64,000 nt of DNA from Phoronis australis (taxonomy: Eukaryota > Animalia > Phoronida): NCBI GenBank assembly GCA_002633005.1, contig NMRA01000038.1, forward strand, positions 1,120,883 through 1,184,882, read 5' to 3'. Shown piece by piece: positions 12,114-25,223 of this stretch (positions within the stretch are counted from its first letter, which is position 1; each line of letters starts with the position of its first letter). Under the pieces are notes generated by a model. The model was not told the DNA's origin and searched no databases. It saw only the letters and a program-made list of their open reading frames with translations. Made by a program: the position numbers and the translations under genes.

Positions 12114-13473
12114 CCGTATTCACCCTAATAAGCACCCAGGGCGCTTAGAAAAATTCGCTTCAGAAAGGGGGGGTGCTTATTATAGCCCAAAAGTGGTCGA
12201 AACCCGGTCTCCGAAATAGGTGAAATCGTAAGCTAGAATTCATCAAATTTACGCTGTGTGACTAATCTGTAACCTAAGACAGGGTTTCTACAAAATTGCA
12301 GTGCATTGTTATCAAACTTTGTTGTTAAGTTATGAGGCAGCATTTTTCAGAAAATCCCAGTGCAAAAACTCACTGACTGATGCGTCGCTGCCTCGCGATT
12401 GAGGATAGGTCAACTTGAATTCTTGAGTAAAAATATAGTTTCGATACAATAAATTACTTGAAGTCCTCCTTAAGTTTTCAAAATAGCATGCCCAAGAATT
12501 TTAAATTCCTGTTGAGTTGGGATTAACAGCATATTAAGTCCAAATGTGCACTAGATTGTACTGCGCAACACGAGAAAAATCTCTGGATGAACACACATGT
12601 TGTTGTCATATGATGTTTGTTTTGAAGTTCGTCTGCGTATTGTGTGAGCGAGCGAGCGCGTGCATGTCATCAGATTTCATTTGCCAAAGTAAACACGATG
12701 TAACGATCTAGGTGTTCATTGTAACTAAGGAAATTAACACAAGCAGTAAAGCAGAACATGTTTTATTTAGCACTTGTTTATCTCATATGCTGAAAAACAT
12801 TCGAGAATTGTCTCGGTAAAGCCGATGTCATTGAGTCGCCGGATGACAAGATGCGTGACAGCTAGTCTAACAATTATTTCTCGGGAGATTTGGGTGGTGT
12901 AAGGGTGCGGAAGTGTTCACTGTAGTGGGTTATTTTGACTTTAAAAATACCAACTACGATTAAATTAATAATTACCCATTAAAAATAACGCAAACGTTTT
13001 TTACGGTATTAGAAACTTTCGGAAATACGTGCCAGTATTTATTTCTTGCCGATGCTATGCTACCCGTTTCACGAACAGACAGTTCCCGACTAATCTTCGA
13101 TGACAGGAACTTGAATGTAGCACGCGCTTCCTGGCCACGTGCTTTTAACTGAACAAAGGTCAAGTTCTTAGTAGCCTTCGATTCGCGCTTGCGTTCTTTT
13201 TGAAGCACGGCAGAAGTTTGAAGTGTATACTAGTCACGACTACATACTGACGTCGCGGCGAGGCTTGTGGTCTACAAGTTCCGTGCACAATGATTTTTTC
13301 AGAACTGTCGGATCTTATTGATAAGTTGAAAACGTTACTGTAGAGTTTTAGGACTGTAGATAAGGCATTTTTCACATGTACACGGCGTTCATGGACTGGG
13401 CGCTTATTTTAGCAGTCTGAAAACATGTGGGGGGCGATTATAGGGGCATGGGCGCTTATTAAGGCGAATACGG
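12114..13473 (+). mobile_element. TA-flanked TIR element (Tc1/mariner/pogo-like ends) with an internally deleted HIRAN ORF, copy 1
   Basis: TA|CCGTATTCACCCTAATAAGC ... GCTTATTAAGGCGAATACGG|TA. Reverse-complement homolog of 29573-31256. Retains GLQVPCTMIF. Confidence 0.88.
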
Positions 13474-14918
13474 TAGCCATATTCAAATAGCCTATAAACA
13501 ATACCAAGCTCCAATGTTTAGGATACTCTTGGGAGATGCCTGAAGTACAGTACAAGTCAAAATGCATAACAGAAAATTGTGCAGATTATATAAAAGCTTG
13601 AAGCTGCATTAATTTTTCATCCCACTTAGCTGACTGAAACCAAAATTCGAACTAGCCCTTTTATTCTTCTGATATTTCTCAGCGTGATGCAATTCAACAA
13701 ACGAAAATGGAATCTTGTCACAGTAAGGAATATTACGAGACTGAATTTATCAGAGTAAAAGACCTTATTTTTATTTCATTTTAGACAGCTAAACAAGCAA
13801 AATGTAGAACAACCGAGTAAAAAGAAATTTTCAGACTAAACTGATCCAGTTTTCCCTGTGCTCAAAATATGGCATTATGTTCCAAGTCACAGAAATTTCA
13901 GATACGCAGCGTTTGAAGATTGTTGCATAACAATTACAGTAATTTCCTAAATAAAGATTAGCTGACGTCAGAACATCATGACACAGACAGTTTCTTTTGT
14001 TTTTTTATGATAGAAATTGCATAACACACTGAAGAGTCCAATTTTCACAGTTTTAATCCTGACTCGGACATTACGCATGAACACAGTGACAAACAGTTTC
14101 TCCACTGCAATATGAACACTGACAGATTACATCAGTTTTCTATGTTACCACTAACTGACAATGGGGCTATTTGACAAATTCTCCTAGCGGTGTCGATGCT
14201 GTACTAGTGGTGATTGAATTGCCCATGTGTCTGCATGTAAACAGCTGGTAAAAAGACGGAATTGTTATCAAAATACGTCATCGCGCTAAGCCTTATTATT
14301 GCTATTTTTGCAGGTGCAAATCTTCCACAGGTGGTCACAACTTCCCAAAAGACCTAAGGTTACTACAGGCGTGAAGAAGTGAGGTCACAAGGGTCAACTG
14401 AGTGACAAAAAGTGTGTGGATGCCGAAGCCTCATGCCCCGTGTGTGCTATGCATTTCCATTGTGAGGCTACTAACTTATTACGTTACTTCATAAGTTTTT
14501 AGCCATTATTTTCTATCAACATCGTTCAGTGATGATATCCCCAGCAGATACCCCACTTAATAACAGATTTATTCAGTGTAACTAAGTGTTTTTTTCAGAA
14601 ACTCACCTGGGACCGGATGGCAGGCTAGCACACATATTCACATGATTGTTCTGGGTGGGAGTGCTCCCAATATAAGAGGTGTATGTGCCGCTCAGAAGAC
14701 AAGGGTGATTTTTTCACAGCAAATACTCTTCAAAACTGTGCAAAGCAAAAGCGGATTTAGGGGGGGCCTAGGGGACCCAGCCCCCCCCCTGGCTGCCGAA
14801 AAAAAAACAAAAAAAAATAAAACAGCAAGAGCTTAGGAAAATTTTGAGTTTATTAATTAACCCCAGTAACTGAAATCATACGGATGAAACAGGATTTAAA
14901 TGTGTGCAGTTTTAGTGT

Positions 14919-16182
14919 TTGGGGGAATCAGATCCAATTTCAAGTGTCAAATTCGGAACACGGCGCATTTGTAACAGAACTATGGCTAAGTATAAGCTCT
15001 CCCGCGATATCCCAGGCGACTGGCAGTGGCGCTGTGCACTACGACTCCGTTTCCGTCGTCTGAGAGCCCATAATGCTTCGGAAGTGGCTCGCGGTAGTGA
15101 AGAATGAAAACTACGTTGTTAATACAAGTATGAAGCCGTGAAAATTCTCCGTGTCTGTCAGTGGCCGGCATTTCATTGACAATGATTTCAGACGATCAAA
15201 TGCTGGCTTACCAAACAGCTCATGCCAAGACAAGAGACAATGGAATGTGGATTGGTTGATTAGTTTTTGATTATGGAGAATTGTAGCTGGCCATGACAGC
15301 ATAGACAAATACTGTAATTCAAGGCGTGAAAACCATAACGTTTTAAGTAACCTGTTTGATGACTGACTCGTTCTGCCAGGCTTCTGTTTTATCCTCTGAG
15401 TGTAGGATGTTTTCGCCAATTCGTTTTCTCAGCCGAACATCGTAAGCATACCTCTGCTTAGATGCGGTGCAAAGCTAGGCTGGTCCATGAGACACATCTG
15501 CTCTTCTCCAAGAAGGCATTTCATTTGTGGAATTTCATGGCAGCAAATGCAAGCGTCAGTCGTTTCCATTATCGTGACACCATGACGAGTCATTAAAACG
15601 GTTTTTGGAAATATCCATGTTCCATTGTCGGTGTACTTTCATGGATCCTCTCTGGTATTTCTTGATCAGTGTATTCCGGTTAGAACTGAAAACCTGTGAA
15701 ACCCAACGATAGACCTGTGAAGTCTTCATCCGATGAGCACTTGTCTAAGTCGAGAATGCGAGTTGCCACGTTGACTTTTATTATTGTGGGTTCTGTTTCA
15801 AAATGAATTATTCTCTCCCCAACCAATACTTAAATAAAATTCAAACAAAGTCTGTCTTATTAGATACAACTTGTAATGCCTTGGATTTGTTCGTGAATGC
15901 AAAAGTTTTGAGAAGACCGCAATGAATAAATAGCTTCTTCACCGGTTTTATATGCAAAACTAATTGACCGGGCACCGAGGTCTTGTGAGCGCATGCTGGT
16001 TCAGTGGTTGTTGACAGAAAGCTGTTGTGAAACAATAACACACAAAAACAAATCAAATGCAAAAAAGGGAATACTTTGTTTTGATCCCCAGACATTTCTA
16101 TAGGTCAACAGGAAAATGACAATTTGCAAGCAAAGTCACTTCAGCTTTATAAATAAGCAGCACGACTGCACTCTATGGGGCT
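14919..16182 (-). mobile_element. Kolobok transposon right half with a KolX (P2X7 C-terminal-like Cys-rich) pseudogene at ~15111-15700
   Basis: Minus-strand translation GFQF*PEYTDQE...RFNDSSWC..METTDACICCHEIPQ...CLMDQPSF...ENFHGF matches the KolX pattern FEP..R..WC..M.T..CC.E..C...F..Y.GF. Putative terminus ...ATGGGGCT|TTAA at 16182. Confidence 0.72.
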
Positions 16183-17996
16183 TTAAAACTGAAGAAATAT
16201 TGTGGTTTGAATAATTAGTGACAAACTTGCCTGTTGATGAAAATTTTATTCGATTATCAAAGTGTAACATTAACGGGCTTTTTACTGACAATTAAGACAA
16301 TAGATGCAGTCACTGAATGTCATTTACGCATGTGTACCAAATTGAAAAGTTTTTGCCATTGGTATAAAGCCATTCTTCTGAAAGGAGAAGTTAAGGTCAC
16401 TCAGTGAGAAAGGACGGATAATAAAACCAGATGCTTTTGGTTTTCATTTTACTTAGATCTAGTTTCAATGGCCTATAGAAGCGCTTGTAAAAAAAGTCCA
16501 GTTTCAACACGTGGCTTTCCTTCATGTAACCTCATTCACTCTCAATACCATCCACAATCAGATACTTGAAGGAAAACACAGCATATCACTTGACTCGCTT
16601 TGTGCCTAAAATCTAACCCTGAATTAGACCAGAGTGTTACTAGGCCTTCTTTAGCTTCAGTCCCTCATGTTTCCTCCAGGAGACAAAATAAGCCATTGTT
16701 GTCCAAACATGACTCATTGCCGATGAGTTACGGATGGACGGCTAATTGTAGATCGTGACTTTATGCGACAAACCGGCAATTTCCGTACCATCCTTGACCT
16801 CGAACCGTCAAAGTGCGATGTGTGTTTGGGCTTCTTGGGAACATTTTTGTGCTTTGACTGCGAATTTGTAGCGAACTCACTGGAGCAGGACACCGTGAAT
16901 GGTATTATAAGAAAGAGGAATTGCTTATGGTCTGTTGAAATCCTTGTTTTGTGTAAATTTATTGAGTTATGTGTTTGATATGGACGGCTGAATCGAAGCA
17001 CCCGTGGAATTTCTAGTCCTGAGTGTCATACCTTGTAGTATTATATGTACACTAGGGAACCTAATGGTCGTCCGCCTAAGTATAAAACCGGCTTGTTGTC
17101 GTACTCACTCAATTATTCCACTTCAAAGTTATGCTCTGAATAGGATTTGATTTAACTCTCAGAAATATATAGTATTCGTTGATTCAACAGTTTTCTTTTA
17201 TTCATGTCGAGTTGTTTCAACTGTGCATTGCTTTTCGGCAGCCATTTTATAAGGACCCCTATGGTCGTCATATACTGCTGCCTTTTGAAAAAACAGAAAA
17301 CCACACAGAAAAAGGCTAAGAAAGTAGTGGAAAGCGGTTTACAACAATTCTAGTTCAACCACAAACTGTTTTACTAGTATGACATCGATTTTTAAATCGA
17401 TTAAAATTGATTCAGAATTTCAGTTCTGAAAAACAAATCGCGATTGTTTTATTCCAGATAGACCTTACTTATTTTCTATTTGTGACCTCTTTATTTGACT
17501 TTTTGCTCTTGCTGTTCTTAATTTATCTCTGCTGTCTTTCTTTCTCTTTTCAGTTTTTCTTCATTCTCTGTTAACACTTTGTCAGCCAAAACAGAACTGT
17601 AACCCTTTGAGCCTTGGTCGTTGGAAGTTGATCATTGAACCTCGACGTAGTTGTTCTAATAAATTACCCAATGTCATATTGTTTGATTTTTTCTCAACTT
17701 TATAGACTTCTGCAATCATAAATAAATAAATTAATACCCAAGTTGCATTTGCGTTTTATTGCTCAATCTTCTTTTATTTTTAATAAAGTCGTGCTGTGTT
17801 GTATGTGACAATGCAATATAGTGAAATAAAGTCAATGTTTTACTTTATTGGTGGCCAGTCTCTATCAGTTCAAGTATTTTAATTTTCTTCACATAAATCC
17901 AAAATGCCAGAACAAAAAATTTCAACGTAAATTTTTAGCTCAGTACTGCAATAAAAAACAAGATGAGTGGACAATATTTTGATGACCAAGGCGTGG

Positions 17997-19820
17997 GCCG
18001 AAACTGTTAAGCACCCAGTGTGTTGCATTTGTCAGCTGCATTTTTCCTTTGGCGGTTTGTAGGTTAGTGCCTGGGACAAATAGATACATTGCATAAACAA
18101 TCCCTGGGTTGTTTTTTGTTCCATCTGAAGAAAATTTAAATTCGAAAATATCATCTGAAAATGAACAAAAAAGCGCTTTAGTAATATCTACAAGTTTTTA
18201 AGTGGTCAAAAAACAGTCGGTAAATGCACCGATTTTCGTCTCAGTTCTTCTATGCGTGTTTCTCCTGAGAGGTTAGTACCCAACGTGCAGACGAGCAGTC
18301 CAGATTGGAACGCTATGTCCCATGTGGCTGCGCTGCACGCAAAAGAAGATGGCAGACGACCATTGGAGCCTGACAACGATAGGTGTCCCGACTATAGTCG
18401 TGTATTGGGGACGAACAGAAGCTGAGGACGACTGTGCTTTAAATTCCAAAATTAATGCTGGTGGTTTACTGAATTTTTAACGCAAAATCAGAATCGAACT
18501 TCATGACAATGAGAGCTCACGTATACAGGTCATACAGATTAATCACACAGGGCAAGTGTCCTGAGAAACTATTACACACCACCTTGCACTCATTGTCATC
18601 TATTTCGGTTCTGATAACCGTTAAAAAACCCTAAAAACCACTGGCAGTAATTTGGGAAATTACGGTAGCTTCTTCAGTTTGGCCATGGCATTTGTTTGGC
18701 TATGGTGCCAGACTGAATTATTGAATACCAGCAGGAAGAGATAACCAGGAAGGGACAACTGTTTTAGCGCATTTTAACGTATTTTCAAAGGTGATTTCAA
18801 AAGTAAATGTTAAAGTAGTCTGGAATCCAAGCATTGTGTTTGAAAGCTTAACTCTTTAGCTATAAAATGACACCACTTTTGTCCCCAAAGACTTCATATT
18901 AATGGCACTGGGATGCTTTGAACATGACTTGTTTTACCCTTCCAAAAGATGCCTCTTCCCAGGCATGTACTCGGGCACGATCCTCTTTTTTGAACCAACA
19001 GATGTCACTAATATATGCAAATGAGGCTCGCATCGTCTACGTCATACGACGTCATACGGCGCGAGCTTCCAATTTGAACCCTCGAGTGCCTNGCCAAAAC
19101 TGTTAAGCACCCAGTGTGTTGCATTTGTCAGCTGCATTTTTCCTTTGGCGGTTTGTAGGTTAGTGCCTGGGACAAATAGATACATTGCATAAACAATCCC
19201 TGGGTTGTTTTTTGTTCCATCTGAAGAAGATTTAAATTCAAAAATATCATCTGAAAATGAACAAAAAAGTGCTTTAGCAATATCTACAAGTTTTTAAGTG
19301 GTCAAAAAACAGTCGGTAAATGCACCGATTTTCGTCTCAGTTCTTCTATGCGTGTTTCTCCCGAGAGGTTAGTACCCAACGTGCAGACGAGAAGTCCAGA
19401 TTGGAACGCTATGTCCCATGTGGCTGCGCTGCACGCAAAAGAAGATGGCAGACGACCATTGGAGCCTGACGACGATAGGTGTCCCGACTATAGTCGTGTA
19501 TTGGGGACGATCAGAAGCTGAGGACGCCTGTGCTTTAAATTCCAAAATTAATGCCGGTGGTTTATGGAATTTTTAATGCAAAATCAGAATCGAAGTTGAT
19601 GACAATGAGTGCTCACGTATACAGGTAATACAGATTAATCACACAGGGCAAGTGTCTTGAGAAACTAATACACTCCACCTCGCACTCATTGTCATCTATT
19701 TCGGTTCTGATAACAGTTAAAAAACCTAAAAACCACTGGCAGTAATTTGGGAAATTACGGTAGCTTCTTCAGTTTGGCCACGGCATCTGTTTGGCTCTGG
19801 TGCCAGACTGAATACCAGAT
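17997..19820 (+). repeat. ~735-bp direct repeat (17997-18735 and 19093-19820) with an N at the junction; likely uncollapsed haplotypes
   Basis: Near-identical copies with scattered substitutions. The second copy starts immediately after the n at 19092. Confidence 0.9.
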
Positions 19821-20502
19821 GAAGTGCGCCAAATCAGTTTGATGCAGGAATCAGTAACTGATTAGGGCAGCAGCCACCTGAACTAGCTGAATGAAGACTA
19901 TTGTCAAAAAAAATTTAGTATACGCCTTTGCCCCAAGGCCCACGCCAGGGCAAGGAGAGGCTGCCAAGACATGGCTCAAGTCGGCACTGGTCGGATAATG
20001 GATATAGGGATCCGATATAACGGACCCAAGATCATCCAGATGTAGAGAACCAGGCAATCACTGCATAACGTGCACGTTAGTCGTTAGTTCTTTGATGAAA
20101 CTGATTCTCCAGTCTAAATCAAGGTCCGCTATAGCCGACCAGTGCCACATAACAGTTTAAATCATTTCAATAGAAAAACTTCAAAAAAACTGCAGGACAG
20201 ACAGTTGATAAAACTCAAATTTACCTCCAAAACTTGTCAGCGGATCCGGGCGTCATTCATGACCGTCAGGGTCGCTTCTGTCGGCAAAAAAGAAATTTCG
20301 ATTTTTGAAAACAAAGGGGTCCGCATCATAACATTCTTCAATTCTGTAATAGAAATATTTGTAATTATTAGACCTAATATATATCTCCAATACGTCTTCA
20401 ATACGATTTCTTAGATAAAGAAATAAATGGGTTTTTGACGTTAATTTCCATAATCGAATGTGAATGTCAGTGATTTCCTTTTCCGCGTTTGGTTTCCGGT
20501 AG

Positions 20503-20610
<108 letters not shown>

Positions 20611-20827
20611 TAAGCACACTGTATGGACGATAATAGTCGGATAAGTGGGTCCCTGGTTTAAAATTGATTTGAGAACCATGGTATGGTGTAGACTATAGTT
20701 CAGTAAATACGTAACGCTGTCGCTAGGACCTCGTTAAAAAGCAAGACTTCGTGAGATTACGCAAGATATTGTGTATTTTAAATGAGAACAGCCAGCAGAG
20801 ACGATGGACCTCCTATAGGCGCTTCAT

Positions 20828-21404
20828 ACGTGAATTATGCCTTGCACCCACTAAAATATCAAAGTCACGTTTTGCGCATAGAGGGACACCTTAGGAGGTC
20901 ATCGATGTATTTAATTTCTTCGAACAAATACTCCTGTTATCAAACTTTTTCTTTGAGTAGTCCCTCGTTCAGTTCTTAAAGTTGGTAACTTGCCATTTTT
21001 AACACTGCGCCTGGTAGGTGTCATGACGTTTGTATCCCCTAGCCTATGGCTGCAGTGTGAAAATGGTGAGTTACCCATTTTGGGAACTGAACGAGGGACT
21101 GCTTGAAGAAAAAGTTTGATAACAGGAGTATTTCTTCGAGTTGGAAGGAATTAACTACATTGACGACCTCCCTCTATGCGCAAATGTATTTATAACAACG
21201 TGACTTCGTAATGTTTTTTGGCGCGAACAGTGTAAAATTGCCAATTGCCAATGTATGCAACTGAAAAAAATGATTGCGGGAGTAATGATTCGAGGTGGGA
21301 AGAGCCAAATACATCAATGGCTTCCTAAGGTGCCCCTCTATGCTCAAAAGGTACTTATAGCTATGTGACTTTGATGGTTTAATCAATGTGAGGCATAATT
21401 CACT
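20828..21404. repeat. Fold-back (long inverted repeat) element in SPT4 intron 1
   Basis: The left arm ~20828-21010 pairs with 21050-21205, and its outer part pairs again with ~21270-21404. Confidence 0.75.
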
Positions 21405-21469
21405 GAAAATCCTGGAGTGCCTGTGGATGGCCACCGTCTCTAGTGGGGCCAGTTGAGACGTGGTACTGT

Positions 21470-22519
21470 CAGGCCTTCATCCAGGGTATATCCTGTGTGT
21501 CCTTCAATTTTAACGCCCTAGCACTAATCTGGACACCCTGGCAAGGACAACCAATGTATCATTTGGACACCCACTGTCAATCAGAATTTCTCCAGTTTGG
21601 ATGCTCACATTGTAAGATCACAAGGACTCCCAGACCCAGTTAATGAAACTTGGTGATAGTTCAAGAGAAAAGTGTTGGCCCTTTGAACTGAGAAAGAAAT
21701 ATACAATGTACATAAAATGATACACATTTGTTACTCAGTGTTCAAACTAAGACATGTCAATCATTAGTAGTGTCTTCCATTGCAGCCTCTGCTTTCAGAG
21801 GTCTTGTCTCAAATAAAAATCAGTATTTGTTAATATAGGGGCATGGGCCTTGGTTAACTCCAAACTGCTGTTTAAGAGCTGTAGTTTCATGTTTTACATT
21901 TAAAAACACCAAAAGCGAAATAAATGTCATTAGTTTAATACTATATTGTGCCACAAGAATATACCCATTAATTTTTTTTTGAGTTAGTGCCCGTTTCATG
22001 CTTTTCAATGTGCATTTTAATGTTTTAATATGGAGAAGTAGGGACACCTATTGCCAAAATATAAACCACACATCATCTGTGCATTTTTCTTGTGTTTGTA
22101 ACTACAGCTCTGATGACTTATTGTACGGAATATAAAAGCTAGCTAAAATGATATGATATTAAGCTTTATAACAGCAATTTGACTTGAGATCACCAAAAAC
22201 ACAGGGCACTCGTTGTTCAACCAATATCTGTAATATTTCGTTGGTAATCTACTTGGCTGTTTTTCGTAAATTTAAAGGTAGAAGTTTTGGTCCACACACT
22301 GTTTTTAGTAAAAAACCTCACTACATGGGATCTATTTTTGTAAACTTAGATATAAAAGCCTTGGTTTATACATTTTTTGTAAAAACCTCACTGTGGTGTG
22401 TGGGGGGGAGAATTATTGGTGAAATGCGGGGGTAACGCGCTGTTGGAATCATGGACGCCCTGGAATATTGGGAACCCCATTTTGGACACCCTGTTTTCGA
22501 AATCCTGGATAAAGCCCTG
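21470..22519 (+). mobile_element. ~1-kb non-autonomous hAT-like element, copy 2
   Basis: caggccttcatccagg...cctggataaagccctg. Colinear with 10755-11786. Confidence 0.8.
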
Positions 22520-22526
22520 TAGCCAT

Positions 22527-22733
22527 CTTGAAATTCCGTGCACAATGATTTTTTCAGGACTGTCGAATCTTATTGATGAATTTTAAAGATGTTGCCGTAG
22601 AATTATAGAACTGTAGTTAAGACATTTTTCACATGTACACAACGTTCATGGACTGGGCGGTTATTTTAGCAAAGTCTGAAAACATGTGGGGGTGCGCTTA
22701 TGGGGGCATTGGCGCTTATTAGAGCAAATAAGG
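22527..22733 (+). mobile_element. Truncated third copy of the HIRAN-carrying TA element
   Basis: LEIPCTMIFSGLSNLIDEF followed by the terminus ggcgcttattagagcaaataagg|ta. Confidence 0.8.
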
Positions 22734-25127
22734 TAATATTAACTGTAGAGTCTATTGATAAAAGTTTTTGTGTACCACTTTTATCGTGCAAATAGTATAT
22801 TTCTCAGTGATAAAGAGTTCAGTGTTTGATTGCATGATTTTTTTGTCACAAGTTTCATTTCATTTTTTTGAAAACTATAATTCAAATCCATATAAATACA
22901 CCTTTTTACCAATGCCATGGACAACCCCTACTAGTCCTAAACAGAATTACATGCACCTCTACTCGTGAGTCAGATCAATTTAGATCTCCTTCAAGTGGAA
23001 CTTGCAGGTTCATTCCTTGTGTCTTTGAATGCTTGGCCAAATTAGTTAGAAACACTATATATAGCAACGATGTGAATATGAAGTAGGTTGAAAATTGTCA
23101 AATGTTTTTAAGAATGAGTTTTGTGGCGAAAATGATTCCCCGCAAATCACAGAACCATGTCCAGTATGTATTGTGGAGTGGTGCTGGGGAATAACACTGC
23201 ATGATGCGGGCTACATGAGCCCGCGAGGTACGTCATTAGTGCAAAGGTCATCTATTGACCTAATTCACGCAGCGGACATTAAAATCCAAAGCGAGGCTCA
23301 CTGCGATAAACAAAGCGAAAGTTGACATTGCCTGAGTTAAATGGCCGGTCTTTAGTCCAACCTGGATATTAAATCTTAAAAATGAGTCGACAATTAATCA
23401 CACAGACGTAAAAAAAAACATTAGAGAAGAAGTTAATGCACCAAAGAGTTGTCTGACGAAAGGGTATAATTTTGGAAAACTATTTTCGAAACATGAAAAG
23501 TAAATATGACCAAATTGCGGCGATCGTAGTGTTACGGATAAGGTATTATGCTGAATGCAGTGTTAACTTACATAAATATGTTCTTGTAATTAAATTGTTG
23601 ATAAAAATGCTTTCTACACGAACCAGGTCATCTACTCGTATTGTTGACGAGTTGAACTGAGATCTATTCGACAATGGCTCATCGCATTTTGCTGTCATTT
23701 GCAAGTAGTCACACCTGGTTTAATTTGTTGATCAAGAATATTAACATCAAGCATAGCCTGATCCTGGTGAGGTAGGGACTATACCGGGACTAACAGTTGT
23801 TTTATCATTGATCTGATAGAATAATTGATGTTATTAAATATATTTTAATTAAAATGAAAAAACATGCTTGTACTTGAAAATAAAAAAATATTTGACCATC
23901 AATTCTCCTTTCTTGGTTTTAATAATTCTTACATCTATTTAACATGCGCGCACCCAGCCTTCAATACGGCGGGCTCTAATTCTTGAAGTTGTGGACCTTT
24001 TGCTAACAGAGTGGGCAGACGACTAAACAAAAAAAAACGGGAGCACCACTGTGAAGTGTGCGTTTGCTATTATTTAGTGCATTTTTGTCCCATTTTCTCA
24101 GACTTTTTGTCTCTCAGGGACGGACCTTTTTGTCCACNCCCCCCCCCCCCCCCGAGTCCCCGTGGGTGCGCGCATGTTTCATGTGTTAGGTTTCAAATAT
24201 CAATCTAGACCAAGTTGAATTTTAAAATTAAATCACCTAATTCGTTCGTCCAAAGAATAACCTCGTTTTAGAACTCGGTTCAGTTAACTGGACAGAGCAA
24301 TTATAGTTATAATGTTTCCAGGAGCCTCATTCATCTGAAAGGCCAGGGAACTGAGGTGCCTGTGCCTTCCGGAGAGGAGATTTTTTTCGCTGAGCGAGCT
24401 GAAACTCTACCTCCTCAGCTGATCACCATCAATAGCACCCTGCCGATTGCAAGCTCTCATAAGCTCTGCCTCAATTTAAAGTAGCATTTTGTGTTCTTTC
24501 AAATTGTCATCTGTTTGGTTGATTCGAACTTTGGATCGAGAGAAATCTTCAGTCAGGCCTCGTGGGGGAATTTCGCGTGACTTTCAATATTTTTGAGAGG
24601 GAAATAGGGCCCATATTCAGCCCCAAAATCGAGGGATTGAGGGCCTTGTCCTTTTTGGAAAGAAAAACGCATCATGTTTCAACCTGTAGTCATGAGCCTG
24701 GCTGGTCGAAGATTCTCCGGTCGTTGCTATCGATGCTTGACTACGGAGATGCGACAAAATATTATCTAAACTTTTCGAAAACATTTATAAATTTTACACG
24801 GACATATTTTTCTTCGTCGCGGCGTATGGCAACGACCCAACGCTTCCGAATCTCAACGTCCCTAGGGATTGTAAAGCAGACAGTCGAGTGTCTGCATTTT
24901 TTCTAGCCGTTCGAGCAACGCAGCCCTACACTACTATGCCGACAAGCTAACAGAGCTATCGTAGCGAGCCTCGTTTTGGAACGCCCTTCCTGTTGGTGTG
25001 AATTGGGTCTATTTGCAGAATTTCTTTGTTTCACATTCACAAGTTGTCAGTGAATGCAACTGCACTTTGTTAAGCATAGATTATATTAAAATAGTTGGTT
25101 GTAAACAGTAATTGCACAGATATCAGG

Positions 25128-25199
25128 TCCTCAGTAGCTCAGTGGTAAGAACACTAGACTGGCAATCTAGAGACCTGTGGTTTGATTCCCAGTTGGGGT
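25128..25199 (+). tRNA. tRNA-like sequence/pseudogene with anticodon GGC (Ala)
   Basis: A box tagctcagtggt, anticodon arm ctaga-ctGGCaa-tctag, degenerate B box ggtttgattccc, imperfect acceptor stem, and a downstream T6 Pol III terminator. Confidence 0.6.
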
Positions 25200-25223
25200 T
25201 CCTGTTTTTTCCGTGTTTATTTC

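Noticed and set aside
23380-23720. Weak resemblance to a SWIM/ISL2EU-type transposon accessory ORF (KGYN..ENYF)
   Set aside because: Too degenerate, with no clear Cys/His motif or termini.
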